Shown: positions 1 to 12,436 of the stretch, in pieces
How the letters are laid out: each line of letters starts with the position of its first letter
How positions within the stretch are numbered: position 1 is the stretch's first letter
Assembly: GCA_964016885.1 (NCBI GenBank)
Contig: OZ024740.1
Span: forward strand, 383,098,001-383,162,000
Length of the DNA: 64,000 nucleotides
Direction of reading: 5' to 3'
DNA from: Eledone cirrhosa
Taxonomy: Eukaryota
Made by a program: the position numbers and the translations under genes
Notes under the pieces: model-generated
The model's database searches: none
The model's input: only the letters and a program-made list of their open reading frames with translations
Told to the model about the DNA's origin: nothing

Positions 1-1220
1 AGTTTGAGCAGGGTGTTCTACAACCGCCTCGACGTCCACTGTAATTGCTCGAGTCAGCACATACAGGAGGGAGAGAGGTCATCATCCCCTGTCTGAGTTC
101 ATGATCTGAAAAACTTTGTTTTACCTGGTTATTTTAGCTGACCATTGGGTAGGTGCCGCTGTGCATTTCTGCGATCCATTCTCTGAAACATAACGGAAAC
201 AGGCTACATTAGATAGATATTTAATTATCTAAGTTCGATGGCATCAAAAGTTCTCAATTTATCAAAATTGATCAGAACTCCAACTAATCCATGTTTTCTA
301 TCTACTCCTTCTATGACGTATTGCACAATATGTAGGTTATCCTATATGTACCTCTTCGAGATTGTGCACCTTTGCGTTTCCTCTACCAGACATTTGACGA
401 CAAGCACCATCCCCGTTGCTAGCACCCTGTCAAAATCTAAAATTCTGTATTAAGCAGAGTTATCGGTCAGACATTTTCTCGAATTTTTCATTAGAATTTC
501 TACACCCCTACTAACAGAGCTGGGAATTCTCCCGTTCTGCTGCTAATCACAGTTGACAGCTTGATAGACGTCGAAGAACAAATCTGATGCCTTTATGTAA
601 ATTTCGTAAGATATTTCATCCACACCGTGTGATTTGCGCATCATACAGCCGCTTAGGATTACCCGTATCTCGACTGCTGTTATCAGTTTTTAGCAGCAAT
701 ACGCATTGGTTGTGTACAATTACGGCAGACCGACTAGGTAGGAACTATAGTTTGCCACTTATCCGTTCTCCCACGTGCCTCGAAGAACATTGCAAATTTG
801 TAAACTATTCATGACTATTGCCTTTCCGTGTTTTTCGGTGTTTAAAATACCACCCCAATCCCCTGCTAACAATGAAGAGCGTCCTGCCTACGTTGTGATA
901 TAGATGGTCACAAGGTTAAAAGCACCACCTTCCCTACTTTTTACAATGAGGACCACCAGCTTACCGACCGTGTCCAGGTGGAATGTCAGTAGCTCGACAT
1001 CCAAGCCTTTCTTAAAGAGTACTAACCTCCAATCTCCAGCCGACTAAGAGATGTGGTGATCTTAAATTCTTCATGCGTGTCGGAAATCTTTGTCTCGCAG
1101 ACAGCTGCCACATCTGTAGCTAATAGCCTGAGGTCACAGAGCAAACGACCTTGATTCCAAGACAACTTTAGGTCACGTACATTTACACAAACTACTCTTA
1201 AAATTGCTATATTAGCCAGA
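1..1220 (-). pseudogene. Degraded Tx1/L1-type LINE ORF2 (APE endonuclease plus RT scraps)
   Basis: Minus strand from ~1216 reads LRVVCVNVRDL...DVAAVCETK (APE N-terminal motif), later LLAGDWGGIL (GDFN-like) and RQGMMTSLLLYVL near 60-100 (RQGCPLS-like); many stops and deletions; runs off the window start. Confidence 0.7.
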
Positions 1221-1379
1221 AAGATATATGAGAAAAAAAAGGGGGGGGGGGCTATTCATCCTGTGAGTGCTATTGGAGTGTGTTTGTATATGTGTACGTG
1301 TTGATGTGTGTGTTTGTGTTTAGAGGAAACGGAGGGGGGGGAGAGAAGGGGAGAGAGTGTTTCGTTCGGACACTCCCTG

Positions 1380-2100
1380 GGTGTTTTTCACTGTATGGTG
1401 ATGTTGCTATTGTTGGTGATGCTGCTGTTGCTGGCGTTGGTGCTGCTGCAACAGCTATTAATTTTGCTGAGAATGTTGATTGTGTCGCTGCTTCTACGTA
1501 GTTGATACTGCTATTATTGTTGTTTCCCCCTATTGGTGCTCTTATCCTTGTAGTTCTGGTATTTGCAGAAGGGGTTTCATGTGGTTAACCGGCTTCTGTT
1601 GAGGCAGAAAGCAGTTAGGAGGACAGTCTCCTCTCATAGATGACACTGATGCCTTCTAGACTTAAACCTACCATGCAGCTTCACCCCGCCAGGAAGGAGA
1701 ATGAGGTCTGTAATCTTGTGGATGTTATTTGGTTTGATGTTGTGTAGTAAATACACACTATAACCATACCATCTTCTCATTGGGTTTGTTTCACATCAAG
1801 GAGGGTTTTGCTTCCTTCTACAACAATGTAGACCAATATGCACTAGATATTCACCCCTGGTGGGATTTCGCAAGACTTGACCATAATCCTCCTTGTTTCT
1901 AAATGAGATGGGTAGAAAACATACTTGTTGTTCCAACAGGGTACAACTGAGCGTCTGACGTCCATGGCTTCACTCTTAAAATACACTTAAAGGTTCAAAA
2001 ACTAGCTGACACTCGCGACGTGCTGCAAAGTTGTTACGTCGGACATTACATCTTTAGTGCTCTTTCTACGTAGGCTTCATTGCTGGCTCCGTCTGTTTAG
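1380..2100 (-). pseudogene. Degraded Tx1/L1-type ORF1 remnant upstream of the APE fragment
   Basis: Minus strand NKYVFYPSHLETRRIMVK..EIPPG and LLPGGVKLHGRFKSRRHQCHL resemble the ORF1 at 37300-37640; a low-complexity tail precedes the APE region. Confidence 0.45.
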
Positions 2101-2254
2101 TTTGTGTGGTCATGTATATATATATAGGATAAAGAATAAAACTCCTGAAACTCCTTATGGAGCCGTAGAGGCACCGTCATACAGCGTGTCTAAAGCACTT
2201 TTAAACCTGGCGGATGCCAAAACTCACTACAGCCAATTATTCTATAGAGGAAAA

Positions 2255-2375
2255 ATCGACCCAGTATAGGACTGGTACTTTTATATCGACCTCGAAAGGA
2301 TGAAAAGTAAAGTTGACCTCGGCGGAATTTAAAGTCAGAGCGTGCAATGAGGTAGGAAGAATACCGTAAACAATT
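2255..2375 (-). mobile_element. SINE fragment of the family seen at 33290
   Basis: Reverse complement of aaattccgccgaggtcaactttacttttcatcctttcgaggtcgatataaaaagtaccagt. Confidence 0.7.
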
Positions 2376-2795
2376 TTATCCGACGTATTATTACAGTAGT
2401 CCTTATACGTCATTGCACGCTGTGATTTTAACACTGATCATCACAGTGTTAGTTAATGTGACATTTATAAACATAACAATACAACACCCGTTAAAAGATT
2501 ATAAACATAGGCATTGACAAATACAACATAATATGCATATATGTTAAATCTATATCGTAGGAGATTCCTGTCATATAGACTATTGTGAAAATGTTTATAC
2601 AAAATGTTGCGTATAGTTAGCTACACAAGGCTGCTTGCAAATCTTGTTCCGCTATTTAAGCATACAATATACATTGACTTCAACGAATACAATTCTGTAT
2701 TGAACACGGTTTACAAAGCATAAACAATATAAATATAGACATGCGTAGATACGCACAAAGACGAACACGTTTCCACAAAGATATAAGCATGTGTT

Positions 2796-2891
<96 letters not shown>

Positions 2892-3234
2892 TGTATAGAT
2901 AGATAATGGTGAAGAAGCAGAACATTATAGAACGAGTTTTACTGGTAATTAATCCATTGTTTTATAATACATTCAAAGGCTCTTTGTTTTAATTGTTCAA
3001 ATATACACAACTGACTCCATTTTTTTAATCTGCAATGGCATAGGATACCACCATTCCACAAAACTAAATTTCTTTTTGCTTTGATTATATATTCATACCT
3101 AATTTTTATTGAGTTCAGATAGTGTTACGAATGCTGAAAGATTTAGGTAGAAAATAATTATAGTCGACCATGTTATTCTTCGTTATTTTACTACCCACCC
3201 ACCCCACATATATATATATATATATATAGTAATA

Positions 3235-3500
3235 ATAATTGTGGTAAGGGTGTTGGATTTACGATCATTATGCAATGGGTTCGAATCCTGAGTTCCGTGT
3301 TGTGTTCTTGAGAAAAACACTTTTTTTCACGTTGCTCCAGTATACTCTGCTGAAAATGAGTACCAGCAATAGCTGGGGTATAACCCTGCGATGGACTGGA
3401 TTTGCCCAGGGGGTGTATTGTACTCTTAGTCGCTTCTCGCCTTGAAACCAGGATAAGCACCGGCCAAATGACCCTTCTGGCTTAAGACAGACTTTTGACC
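3235..3500 (+). mobile_element. tRNA-derived SINE with CORE/V-like central domains
   Basis: gtggtaagg..., B box ggttcgaatcc, then ttgtgttcttgagaaaaacac...cacgttgctccag (shared with the 58770-58980 copy) and accctgcgatggactgg. Confidence 0.75.
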
Positions 3501-3590
3501 TTGTATATATATATATATATTGATAGACTATCACTACAGGAATCGAATAATCAAGACATTAGTGGTATATCGCATATCCAATCTCTCATA

Positions 3591-3653
3591 TATTTTATCT
3601 GATGAAAACGTAATAAAACACCATTGTACCTTTGAAATATGTATAATAAAATA
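3591..3653 (+). ncRNA. Minimal type I hammerhead ribozyme motif in an orphan PLE terminal-repeat fragment
   Basis: tattttat-CTGATGA-(weak stem II)-GAAA-tatgta-TA-ataaaata; stem I pairs. Confidence 0.6.
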
Positions 3654-4008
3654 TATATTTTGGTTATGAGAATATTTTTCATTTATTAATATTTTGAATA
3701 ATATATTGATAGACTATATATGTATTTATTTATATCTGTATTTTTAACCATTGGTCAATAAATGCTAAGCGTTGATTGCCAAATAAATTAACTATGGAGA
3801 TAAAACGGATACAGAAGCGAAAACCAACCAAACAGTGAGTGTGTTCTGTTATTATTTCTGGCAATATTAGTACAACAATATGACCATCCTAAAGTATATA
3901 TATATATATATAGAAGGATTTAAATGGATACAGTTCAGTTAAAAGGAATTTATTGACACGTGTTTCAATAACAGTTACATAACCTGAAAACAGCTGCTAT
4001 CTACAAAG

Positions 4009-4051
<43 letters not shown>

Positions 4052-4056
4052 ATATA

Positions 4057-4232
4057 TCAATTAGGTACCAACATTTGCTTTCGCCCTACCTGACTAACCA
4101 AAATTTGTCTGTCAGTTCGGATTAAAAAACCCCAAAAAACTGAATGGATAAAAGGATGGGTAGTGACGGAACATGGAACACGAACCCTCATATTTGGTTT
4201 GCCGGGACAATGTGTTACCGTTATACACACAC
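4057..4232 (-). mobile_element. Possible degraded tRNA-derived SINE
   Basis: Minus strand gtgtataacggtaacac...gagggttcgtgttcc resembles A/B boxes. Confidence 0.3.
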
Positions 4233-4704
4233 ACGCCACCCATACATCCTTCCATGCAATTAGAATACAATATATAATCATAGTACTATATGTATTTTCA
4301 AATTCACTAGCTGTCTCGAAACAAAGCCCGCTTTGTCTCTCGCTATATATATATGTCTGGAGACAGACACGCACACACACACACCAACACACACGCACAC
4401 TCACACACATACACACACATATATATATATACGGTGGCGGACTGGGTCTAAAAATATTGCCAGATGAAGTGGGCCCACCCACATATAGAATGCTATCAGT
4501 TCATTTTTATAATGAATATATAACATTTCAAAAAATGAGTAAGTGGAAAAAAACTGTGCAAACAAAGTTTTGCAGAAAAATATCTTACCTTCAATAGTAA
4601 ATGGTATTATGCTTCTTGCGAAATCCAGAGACTTTCAATAATTGTTTCTACTGTTGGCACAAGACCAGCAATTATCCCAGTGACCTTCGGTTTTCACACT
4701 CACT

Positions 4705-4947
<243 letters not shown>

Positions 4948-5102
4948 TTGTTATACTTTGGGAGAGTCATGTGGCCAATAAGAAACACACGCACCAGTTG
5001 CTTTCACTTCAATTTATTATAAATTTATAAATTTAAAAATCTATAAACTTATAAATTTCTGGCTGGTTGGTTGGTTCCACAACCAGATAGTTGTTTATAT
5101 AT

Positions 5103-5147
5103 AATCATAGTCCTTTCGTCACACACTCTGTGACCTCTTCAGTAACT
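5103..5147 (-). ncRNA. Minimal hammerhead motif in PLE terminal repeat
   Basis: agtta-CTGAAGA-g-gtcaca..tgtgac-GAAA-ggac-TA-tgatt. Confidence 0.6.
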
Positions 5148-5351
5148 GGGGATTCCTTTCTTTGTTTCTGTGCCTTTCCTTTCTTCTGTCCTACGCCATT
5201 TTGTTTCTGTGTGTGTGTTGTGTGCTCAGTTTGCGCATGCGCCACATCGGGGTGTCTGTGTGTGTTTGTGTTCATTTATCTATTTGTTTATTTATTTACA
5301 TGTTGTTGGTCGGTTGTTTGTTCTATGTGTGTGTGTGTTTTCATTTTGTCC

Positions 5352-7255
5352 TTAATTGTAAGTTGTGATGTTGCTGTTCCACTCATATTTTCTATTTAAT
5401 TTTGGTTGTAATTCTTTTATGCTTACTGCCTCTGTAATTTGCCTAAACATTGCATCTTTTCTGTGTGTGGATTCTATTTTTATTTCTATGTTCTCTAATT
5501 TACCCTTGTGTTCTATCTTAGCATGTTGGTAGAGTACATATGATTCTTTATTATCTTGAAGGTCTCGCCAGTGTTCATTTATTCGTTCCCCTATACTACG
5601 AGCTGTCTCACCTATGTACACTATATTTTTGTTTTTACATTGTCCTTCAGTGCATCTTATGCTATACACTACATTTCTAGTTTTACAGTTAATATGGGGG
5701 CTTATTTTACAGGTTATACGTTTCTTATCTAGACATGGAACGGGTATGTCTTGCTAATAAGTGTTTTTACGGAGGTACCTGGTCTTTCTACTATCTTAAT
5801 ATTGAGTTTATGTTTATTTAGGGCCCTTCTAAATTTGTAGGCTAGTTCGTCTCTAGGGGTTGTATTGATGAACATTACACTCTGGTATTTATTGCTATCA
5901 TACCATGAGTTTATTCTATTGGCCTTGTTCCTAGTTCTTTCTATTCTATTCTATTCCAAAATTTGCTCCTATACAAGGGGCAGGTCCCATTTATGTCATT
6001 ATTTACCATTTTTTCCCATTTGGTTCTGGCTCCCCTATACACTCTGATTCTATCTCTCTGATTGTAGCCAGAGAACTGCATACGGTGGATGAAGTGTTGT
6101 ATGTGTCTCTCTAGTTCTTCGGGGTTGCACATGCGGGACACATTTCTCATCACCCGTACCAAATCCGCAATCAGTATGTTGATTTGGGTATGGTCCGAAA
6201 TGGCCGAGTTTCGGTGGATCAGATGTTTGGAAGTCATGGGTTTGGCATAATGGGAATGGAGGATTTGTTTTTGGTTGTTAATGGTATCTAACCAGAGCTC
6301 TGTGTCTAGTACAGGTAATCTATGGTTGGGGTGTCTACATGGGTAGTCTATAGTAACTCTAATGCTCTGGTGGATGGAGTTTGCTATTTGCTGGATGCTT
6401 TCCATTGTGTTTTTCTCTAGTTCCTGACTGTTCTTTAGTGGGGGTGTCTTAACTACGATGTTTATATCATCTACGTAGCGGGAGTACATTATCAGGGTTA
6501 AGCTGTCTTCTAATTGTTCTTTAAGTTTTTGTTTAAGTCTACTGTCCCACCATACCATGAATAAGTTAGCTATGTCGCCTGCAATGCTAACACCAATGGC
6601 TGCTCCTTCCTCTTGGGCATATGTTTTTCCATTAAATTTGAACGTATGTTCCTTAAGGGTTAATTTTATGCTGGCCCCTACCGCATGTGCAATCATTTTC
6701 TTCAGTTCATCGTGGTTTTCGGGTGTCCGTATGGCTCTGGTCCGCCCGTTCCATCTATCTGTGTGCGTTTTCTTGGCCATTGAGGTAATGGTAGGTGGTC
6801 TGCCTCTTGCTGGTCTTGTAGGGCACAGATTGCTAAGGTCATAAGTGTCTAGGTAACTATTACTATGGGTAAGCTTAAGTAGAAGTCCCAGCTCACTGGT
6901 ATCAATCCCACGGAACTCAACCTTGCTCTCGCTGATCATTTCGACGCATTTCTCCACAGCAAAATCTACGTCAATAGATGGATACAGGGACACAACATCC
7001 ATACTGCCTATTATGCAGTTTGTTAGGTCCCCAGATCGGTTACTCACGCCGATTCTGCTGAGGAGGTCCTCCGTGCTGTCACATACATCTGGGGACATCT
7101 CAATGATGGGGCGTATGATCAGGGAGAGGAAGTAGGACAGTCTGTAGTTACTAGCAATGCTAGCTCCACAGACTGGCCGTGTTGGTGGTCCCGCGACAGG
7201 GTCACAGCCCGTTTTATGGTCTTTTCAAAGCCCATACAACGCCGGCACGTCATTT
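5352..7255 (-). pseudogene. PLE reverse transcriptase plus GIY-YIG endonuclease, frameshifted
   Basis: PALYGL*KDHK, MDVVSLYPSI, QEEGAAIG, YSRYVDDI, LPVLD in and upstream of ORF 5941-7098; VYSIRC...YIGETARSIGERINEH...EAVSI..LQPKLN in ORF 5352-5669. Confidence 0.92.
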
Positions 7256-7341
7256 TTCCAGGCACAGAAACAAAGAAAGGAATCCCCATACAACGCCGGC
7301 ACGTCATTGTTCCAGGCACAGAAACAAAGAAAGGAATCCCC

Positions 7342-7386
7342 AGTCACTGAAGAGGTCACAGAGTGTGTGACGAAAGGACTAGGACT
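7342..7386 (+). ncRNA. Minimal hammerhead motif in the inverted terminal-repeat copy
   Basis: agtca-CTGAAGA-ggtcacagagtgtgtgac-GAAA-ggac-TA-ggact (one stem I mismatch). Confidence 0.55.
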
Positions 7387-7605
7387 ATATATAAACAACT
7401 ATCTGGTTGTGGAACAAACCAACCGTCCAGAAATTTATAAGTTTGTAGATTTGTAAATTTATAAATTTATAAATATATAATAAATTGAAGTGAAACAACT
7501 GGTGCGTGTGTTTCTCATTGGCAACATGACCCTCCCGAAGTATAACAATATCGGTTTCAACACACGATTTCAGATAAAGAATCTTGCAAAACAAATTCAG
7601 AAACG

Positions 7606-7674
<69 letters not shown>

Positions 7675-7677
7675 TAT

Positions 7678-8149
7678 GTATGGAAGCTCAAAATTGAAAA
7701 GACCCCGCACTCTCTGGTCTGGTCGGTGGTTAGAAAGGTTCCCCCAGACAGAGGCGGGTCTGGTATTTGCAACCTCTGTCCTAGTGAGACGCTCGAGATA
7801 CTTCATGGCGGAAACAAGCTATTAAACAGAAGGGCCGAATTATTCGGTGCCTGTAGACACCTAAGGACGGGAACTTTCCTCAAGCTATATGGATAAACCC
7901 TGGTTACAGCCCCCCCCCCCCATGTAGGTCCACTAGACCCCGTACCAATGACCAATGGACAACAGCAATCACCCATAGTTTGTGGGCCCTATGGTGGATG
8001 GTCCACGGATCCTCTACAGGTTAGGATCATCAAAACCACGTTTTATTGAACCTGATTTGAAATATATATATATATTATGTGTATATATATATATTTTATA
8101 TGTGTATGTATGTGTATTTTATATATATATGTATATATACGTATATAAT

Positions 8150-8187
<38 letters not shown>

Positions 8188-9048
8188 TTATATATATATG
8201 TATATATATTTTATATGTATGTATATTTTATATGTGTATATATTTTATACATGTAATATATTTTATATATGTATATATTTTATATATATATATATTTTAT
8301 ATATATGTATGTATTTTATATATATATATATACTTGTACGTACATATATATATATACACACATGTATAGATTTGTGTGTGTAGATGTGTGTGTGTGTCTG
8401 AGGGGGTAGGTGTGAGTGTATGTACAAGTCAACCAACATAAGACTTTTATTTCTAAATGTTCTAAACTATCTACGTATTTGACTCTAACCATTATTTTAT
8501 GTATTACCACCCCACATTAATTCCTCAATTTGTATATGTGGATGTGTGTGTGTGTCTGTGGAGGCGGGTGTGAGTGTACGTGCAAGCCAACCTACATAAG
8601 TCGTTTTAATTTCTACTCTAACCATAAGTTCCAGTAGCACCACTCCACATAAATTCCTCAATTTAATATATATTAACCTTAATTGAATATATATCTGACC
8701 AGGAATGCTTTTTGTGAAAATCAGTCAAATGGAACTATTGTCGTCTTGCATGACGGTTTGAACTTTACAACACCACCTGCGTCTTTGAGGTCAAATACCA
8801 ACTCTACTAGCATCTACAAACTGATCAATGAGAATTAAAACTATTCTTGCTGACAACATTAAATTATTCCTAAGAAGCTCATATCTCCCAAGGCTCTGAT
8901 ACCATCAACACTATAAACACAGAGCTGGCATATCTAAGAGCTGAATAACTGCTTGATGAGGCCATAGCCATTCAATGGCTATCATCGAAATATATATAGC
9001 AGTACATAAATGATTATGAGTTCATGCAATTGACTTATGTTTCGTCAC
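7678..9048 (+). mobile_element. 3' fragment of a PLE (GIY-YIG C-terminus, 3' UTR, HHR)
   Basis: WKLK...LVWSVVRKV...CNLCPSE...LLNRRAELFGACRH matches the C-terminal pattern of ORFs 19912-20127 and 50101-50334; (TA)n on both sides. Confidence 0.8.
8948..9003 (+). ncRNA. Minimal hammerhead motif with U3-G8 core
   Basis: actgc-TTGATGA-g..atagcca ttcaa tggctat..c-GAAA-tatata-TA-gcagt. Confidence 0.65.
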
Positions 9049-9100
<52 letters not shown>

Positions 9101-9103
<3 letters not shown>

Positions 9104-9272
9104 CGAAGGAAATGTGGTAAGGAACCAGGTGGACCATAACGCACCAAAGTACTCAATACTTACGGTAGTAGAGTTGGTAATAGGAACGAGTAGGACCCCG
9201 GCGGCTGAGCTCAAGCCGTTTCGACGGCTAAGTCGAAACGGCTTGAGCTCAGCCGTCGGGGTCCTACTCGTT

Positions 9273-9276
<4 letters not shown>
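9101..9276. repeat. Short repeat ending in a ~46-bp-arm hairpin; left part shared with 40990-41085
   Basis: Arms 9180-9225 and 9232-9276 are near-perfect inverted copies; 9101-9180 is the reverse complement of ~41000-41085. Confidence 0.85.
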
Positions 9277-9324
<48 letters not shown>

Positions 9325-10430
9325 AAAGTTATCAATAATGTGGTGATAATATATCGTCACGTTAGAGATGAACAGCGTACGTGTAGGTTTGCTCAACGAG
9401 TATAAATTATATTCCGGAGCAAATGTAGAAAAGATGAATATAAAATGAAAGTGCTTTTATAAAATAATTTATTAGGTATTGACATATGTTTCTGTAACAG
9501 ACGGAATACCTATGTATCGTTGCTTGTGTAATCATATAATGTTAGCAAGTATTCGATAGCAAATGTATAATCAGTTGTCACTTCTTCAGAGATATTGGAT
9601 AAATTGGAAAAAATCAGAAAAATTGAAATATTTATATTAGTTGTAAGAAAGGAAGAAGAGAAGGGATAGTATATGACAGATGGCAATTCAATTTGCTAGT
9701 AAACAAGTATATAGAAGGTTTTTAATGAGAATACAATGAGTATATGGCTTATTTTATCTAAATAAGAATTTTTGAGAGTGACTATTTTAATCTATATTTA
9801 ACCAATTGAACAATGGACAGGGCTGGTCGTTTGGTGTAGTAGTATTATTTCAGATATAAAGTGTCAAGTAAGGAAGAGAGAGATGTTCACTGCTACTGTA
9901 TAACAACAATGCTGGTCGCCTGCTGGTATATGCATTAGGGAATTGAATTAAGAAATCTCATTTTATTTATAGCATTTTATATTAAATGGTAAAGAATAGA
10001 AGTGTTGATAGAATTAAGACTAATAGAGAATGTTAATATGTATTTTGACAATCAAACGGAGATGGAGACAGGCGTTCAATCCTGGTAGCGTTTGTAACAT
10101 GAAAATGTAGATTTCAAGCGGTTACAGTATAACGATCGCTCTATTCTGTTATTTAATAAAATATTTGTGGATTTCATAATACAAAATAATTCCATGTTAC
10201 ACAATTTACAAAATTCCTGTCCTTGGATAATGCAGCCCCCCTCCCATGAGTCAGCCAATTTCCAGCGGTATCGTCCATCGAAAGAAATGGAAATTAATTT
10301 TTCCGAGTACTAGCGGGAAGTCTACAATTTCGACAGGCCATCGTCTATACCAAACGAATATTATTAATTCACACATGAGGGGTTTATTTACGTGCCAGTA
10401 GAGGCATAATACAGCTAATAGTCATGTCTA
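9325..10430 (-). mobile_element. Degraded PLE 3' fragment
   Basis: FCKLCNME...LLNNRIE in ORF 10076-10258 resembles the GIY-YIG C-terminus; half-HHR GAAACATATGTC on minus strand near 9480-9492. Confidence 0.55.
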
Positions 10431-11102
10431 AACATGGAGTGCTCAGATTCGTTCACACAGCAACAAAGAATAAACAAAGAAAATCTATTCCTTAACAAAT
10501 TTAAACCAAAACTAAACGGGTTATCACCCCAATAGAATTGTCATAAAATATAAACACACATACGCACGGAGTGACAGATATATGTGTGTATGTGTGCATG
10601 TATATAATTATCACTACTATTAAAGACCAGAGACCAATTCTGTAGAATCAGGTTTATTCGTTGACAGACCATGCCTTTGTGTGACCAACACATCCATGTT
10701 AAACCTTGCACTTGCACACACATATATCTATATATATATATGCACACACAGAATTCACCACTGTCGGTTGCGGGGCCCAATTTACATGAAGAACTCAATG
10801 TGATCAGAATGACTTATATTTTAATTTCACTGTTCTAACTTCTTATATTATGGAAAAAATATGTGTATGTATATATATTTGGAGGCCATTTCTCTATGTG
10901 TGTGGGTGTATGTATGTGTATGTGTGTGTGTATGTATGTGCATGTGGATGTATGTATGTGTATGTATGTGTGTGTGTGTATGTATGTGGGTATCTGGATG
11001 TATGTGTATGTATATATATGTGTGTGTGTGTATATATGTGTGTGTATGTGTATATATGTGTGTGTGTTTGTATGTGTGTATGTATATGTGTGTGTGTATG
11101 TA

Positions 11103-11151
<49 letters not shown>

Positions 11152-11263
11152 ATGTATGTGTGTTGGTGTATATATATGTGTGTATGTATATGTGTTGTGT
11201 ATGTGTATATATGTTTGTGTGTGTGTTTGTATGTGTGTATGTATATGTGTGTGTGTGTATGTA

Positions 11264-11302
<39 letters not shown>

Positions 11303-11416
11303 ATGTATGTGTGTTGGTGTATATATATGTGTGTATGTATATGTGTTGTGTATGTGTATATATGTGTGGGTGTGTGTGTTTGTATGTGTGTATGTATATG
11401 TGTGTGTGTGTATGTA

Positions 11417-11457
<41 letters not shown>

Positions 11458-11821
11458 ATGTATGTGTGTTGGTGTATCTATGTATGTGTGTATCTGGATG
11501 TATGTGTATGTATATATATGTGTGTTTGTGTATATATATGTGTGTGTATGTGTATATGTGTGTGTGTGTTTGTGTATGTGTGTATGTATATGTATGTGTG
11601 TGTGTATGTATGTGTGTGTGTATATATATATATGTATATATATACACTTCATCTTCATCACTTTCTGCTACTTAAACCATTTTGTTTGTTTACCTTAGCG
11701 TCCCCTTTATTTACGTGTCCCAACGACTTTTTTTTAGCAGTTGCTCGCACCAACCTGAGGTATATGGCCTTTAATGCGACAAAATGCCTACGACGGTTGG
11801 ATGGCCACTGATGAGGACAAA

Positions 11822-11864
<43 letters not shown>

Positions 11865-12216
11865 ATGTATATGTATGTGTGTGGATGAGGGTATGTGTAT
11901 ATATAGGTGTAAGTGCAGTAAATCCCTTTCTATCACTCTCCCCTCTCCTACCGACCACATGGAGATATATGTATGTATATTGCTTCCACCGCCTCACTGA
12001 CCAGCAGCTGGCCATCTGGCCATTGCTAAATCTGACCTTAAAAAAAAACCACTCCCCACAAATAATTCCTCATTCACTACCAGAAAGGGACACACAGCAG
12101 TCAACTTGCTGCTACCAAGATGAAAACTACTATGAAATCCCACACTGAATTTTATACTTGAATTTTCAAATCTCAAATTTTAACTGTTCTTATTATTAAT
12201 TTTTCTTAATATTAAT

Positions 12217-12266
12217 CAACATTTGAAAAGATGGCTTTTGCAGAGCCATCGAAACCTCTCATTTTT
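12217..12266 (+). ncRNA. Variant hammerhead motif (U3-A8) in upstream pseudo-LTR; stem III decayed
   Basis: TTGAAAA-gatggct tttgcag agccatc-GAAAC-ctctc. Confidence 0.45.
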
Positions 12267-12436
12267 TATCCCCTTTATTCTTTCCTTACCTTATAAAATT
12301 ACATGTTTTTTCACAAAAAAGTATTATCTCTCTTATATATTCCATGTGCCATTACCAACCTCAATTTTCTCTATAACCTTCGTTTTGTGTAGAAACTTAT
12401 ACTTTTCATATCTACTAACCTACGCAAATCCGGAAA

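Larger units (their letters stand above)
4948..7550 (-). mobile_element. 5'-truncated Penelope-like element with inverted terminal repeats
   Basis: RT and GIY-YIG on minus strand; 4948-5175 is the reverse complement of ~7313-7550; (TA)n lies on both sides. Confidence 0.92.

Noticed and set aside
4430-4700. Possible hAT-like transposon end (cggtggcggactggg)
   Set aside because: No partner TIR, target-site duplication or transposase found
9470-9595. Complete hammerhead on minus strand
   Set aside because: CTGAAGA and GAAACATATGTC are present, but the stem I strands do not pair in register, so it is kept only as a remnant
10835-11811. Long ORFs rich in YI/HT/CV (also near 4600-5030, 16158-16943, 38447-39465)
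   Set aside because: Translations of (TA)n, (CA)n and (TG)n microsatellites, open in many frames
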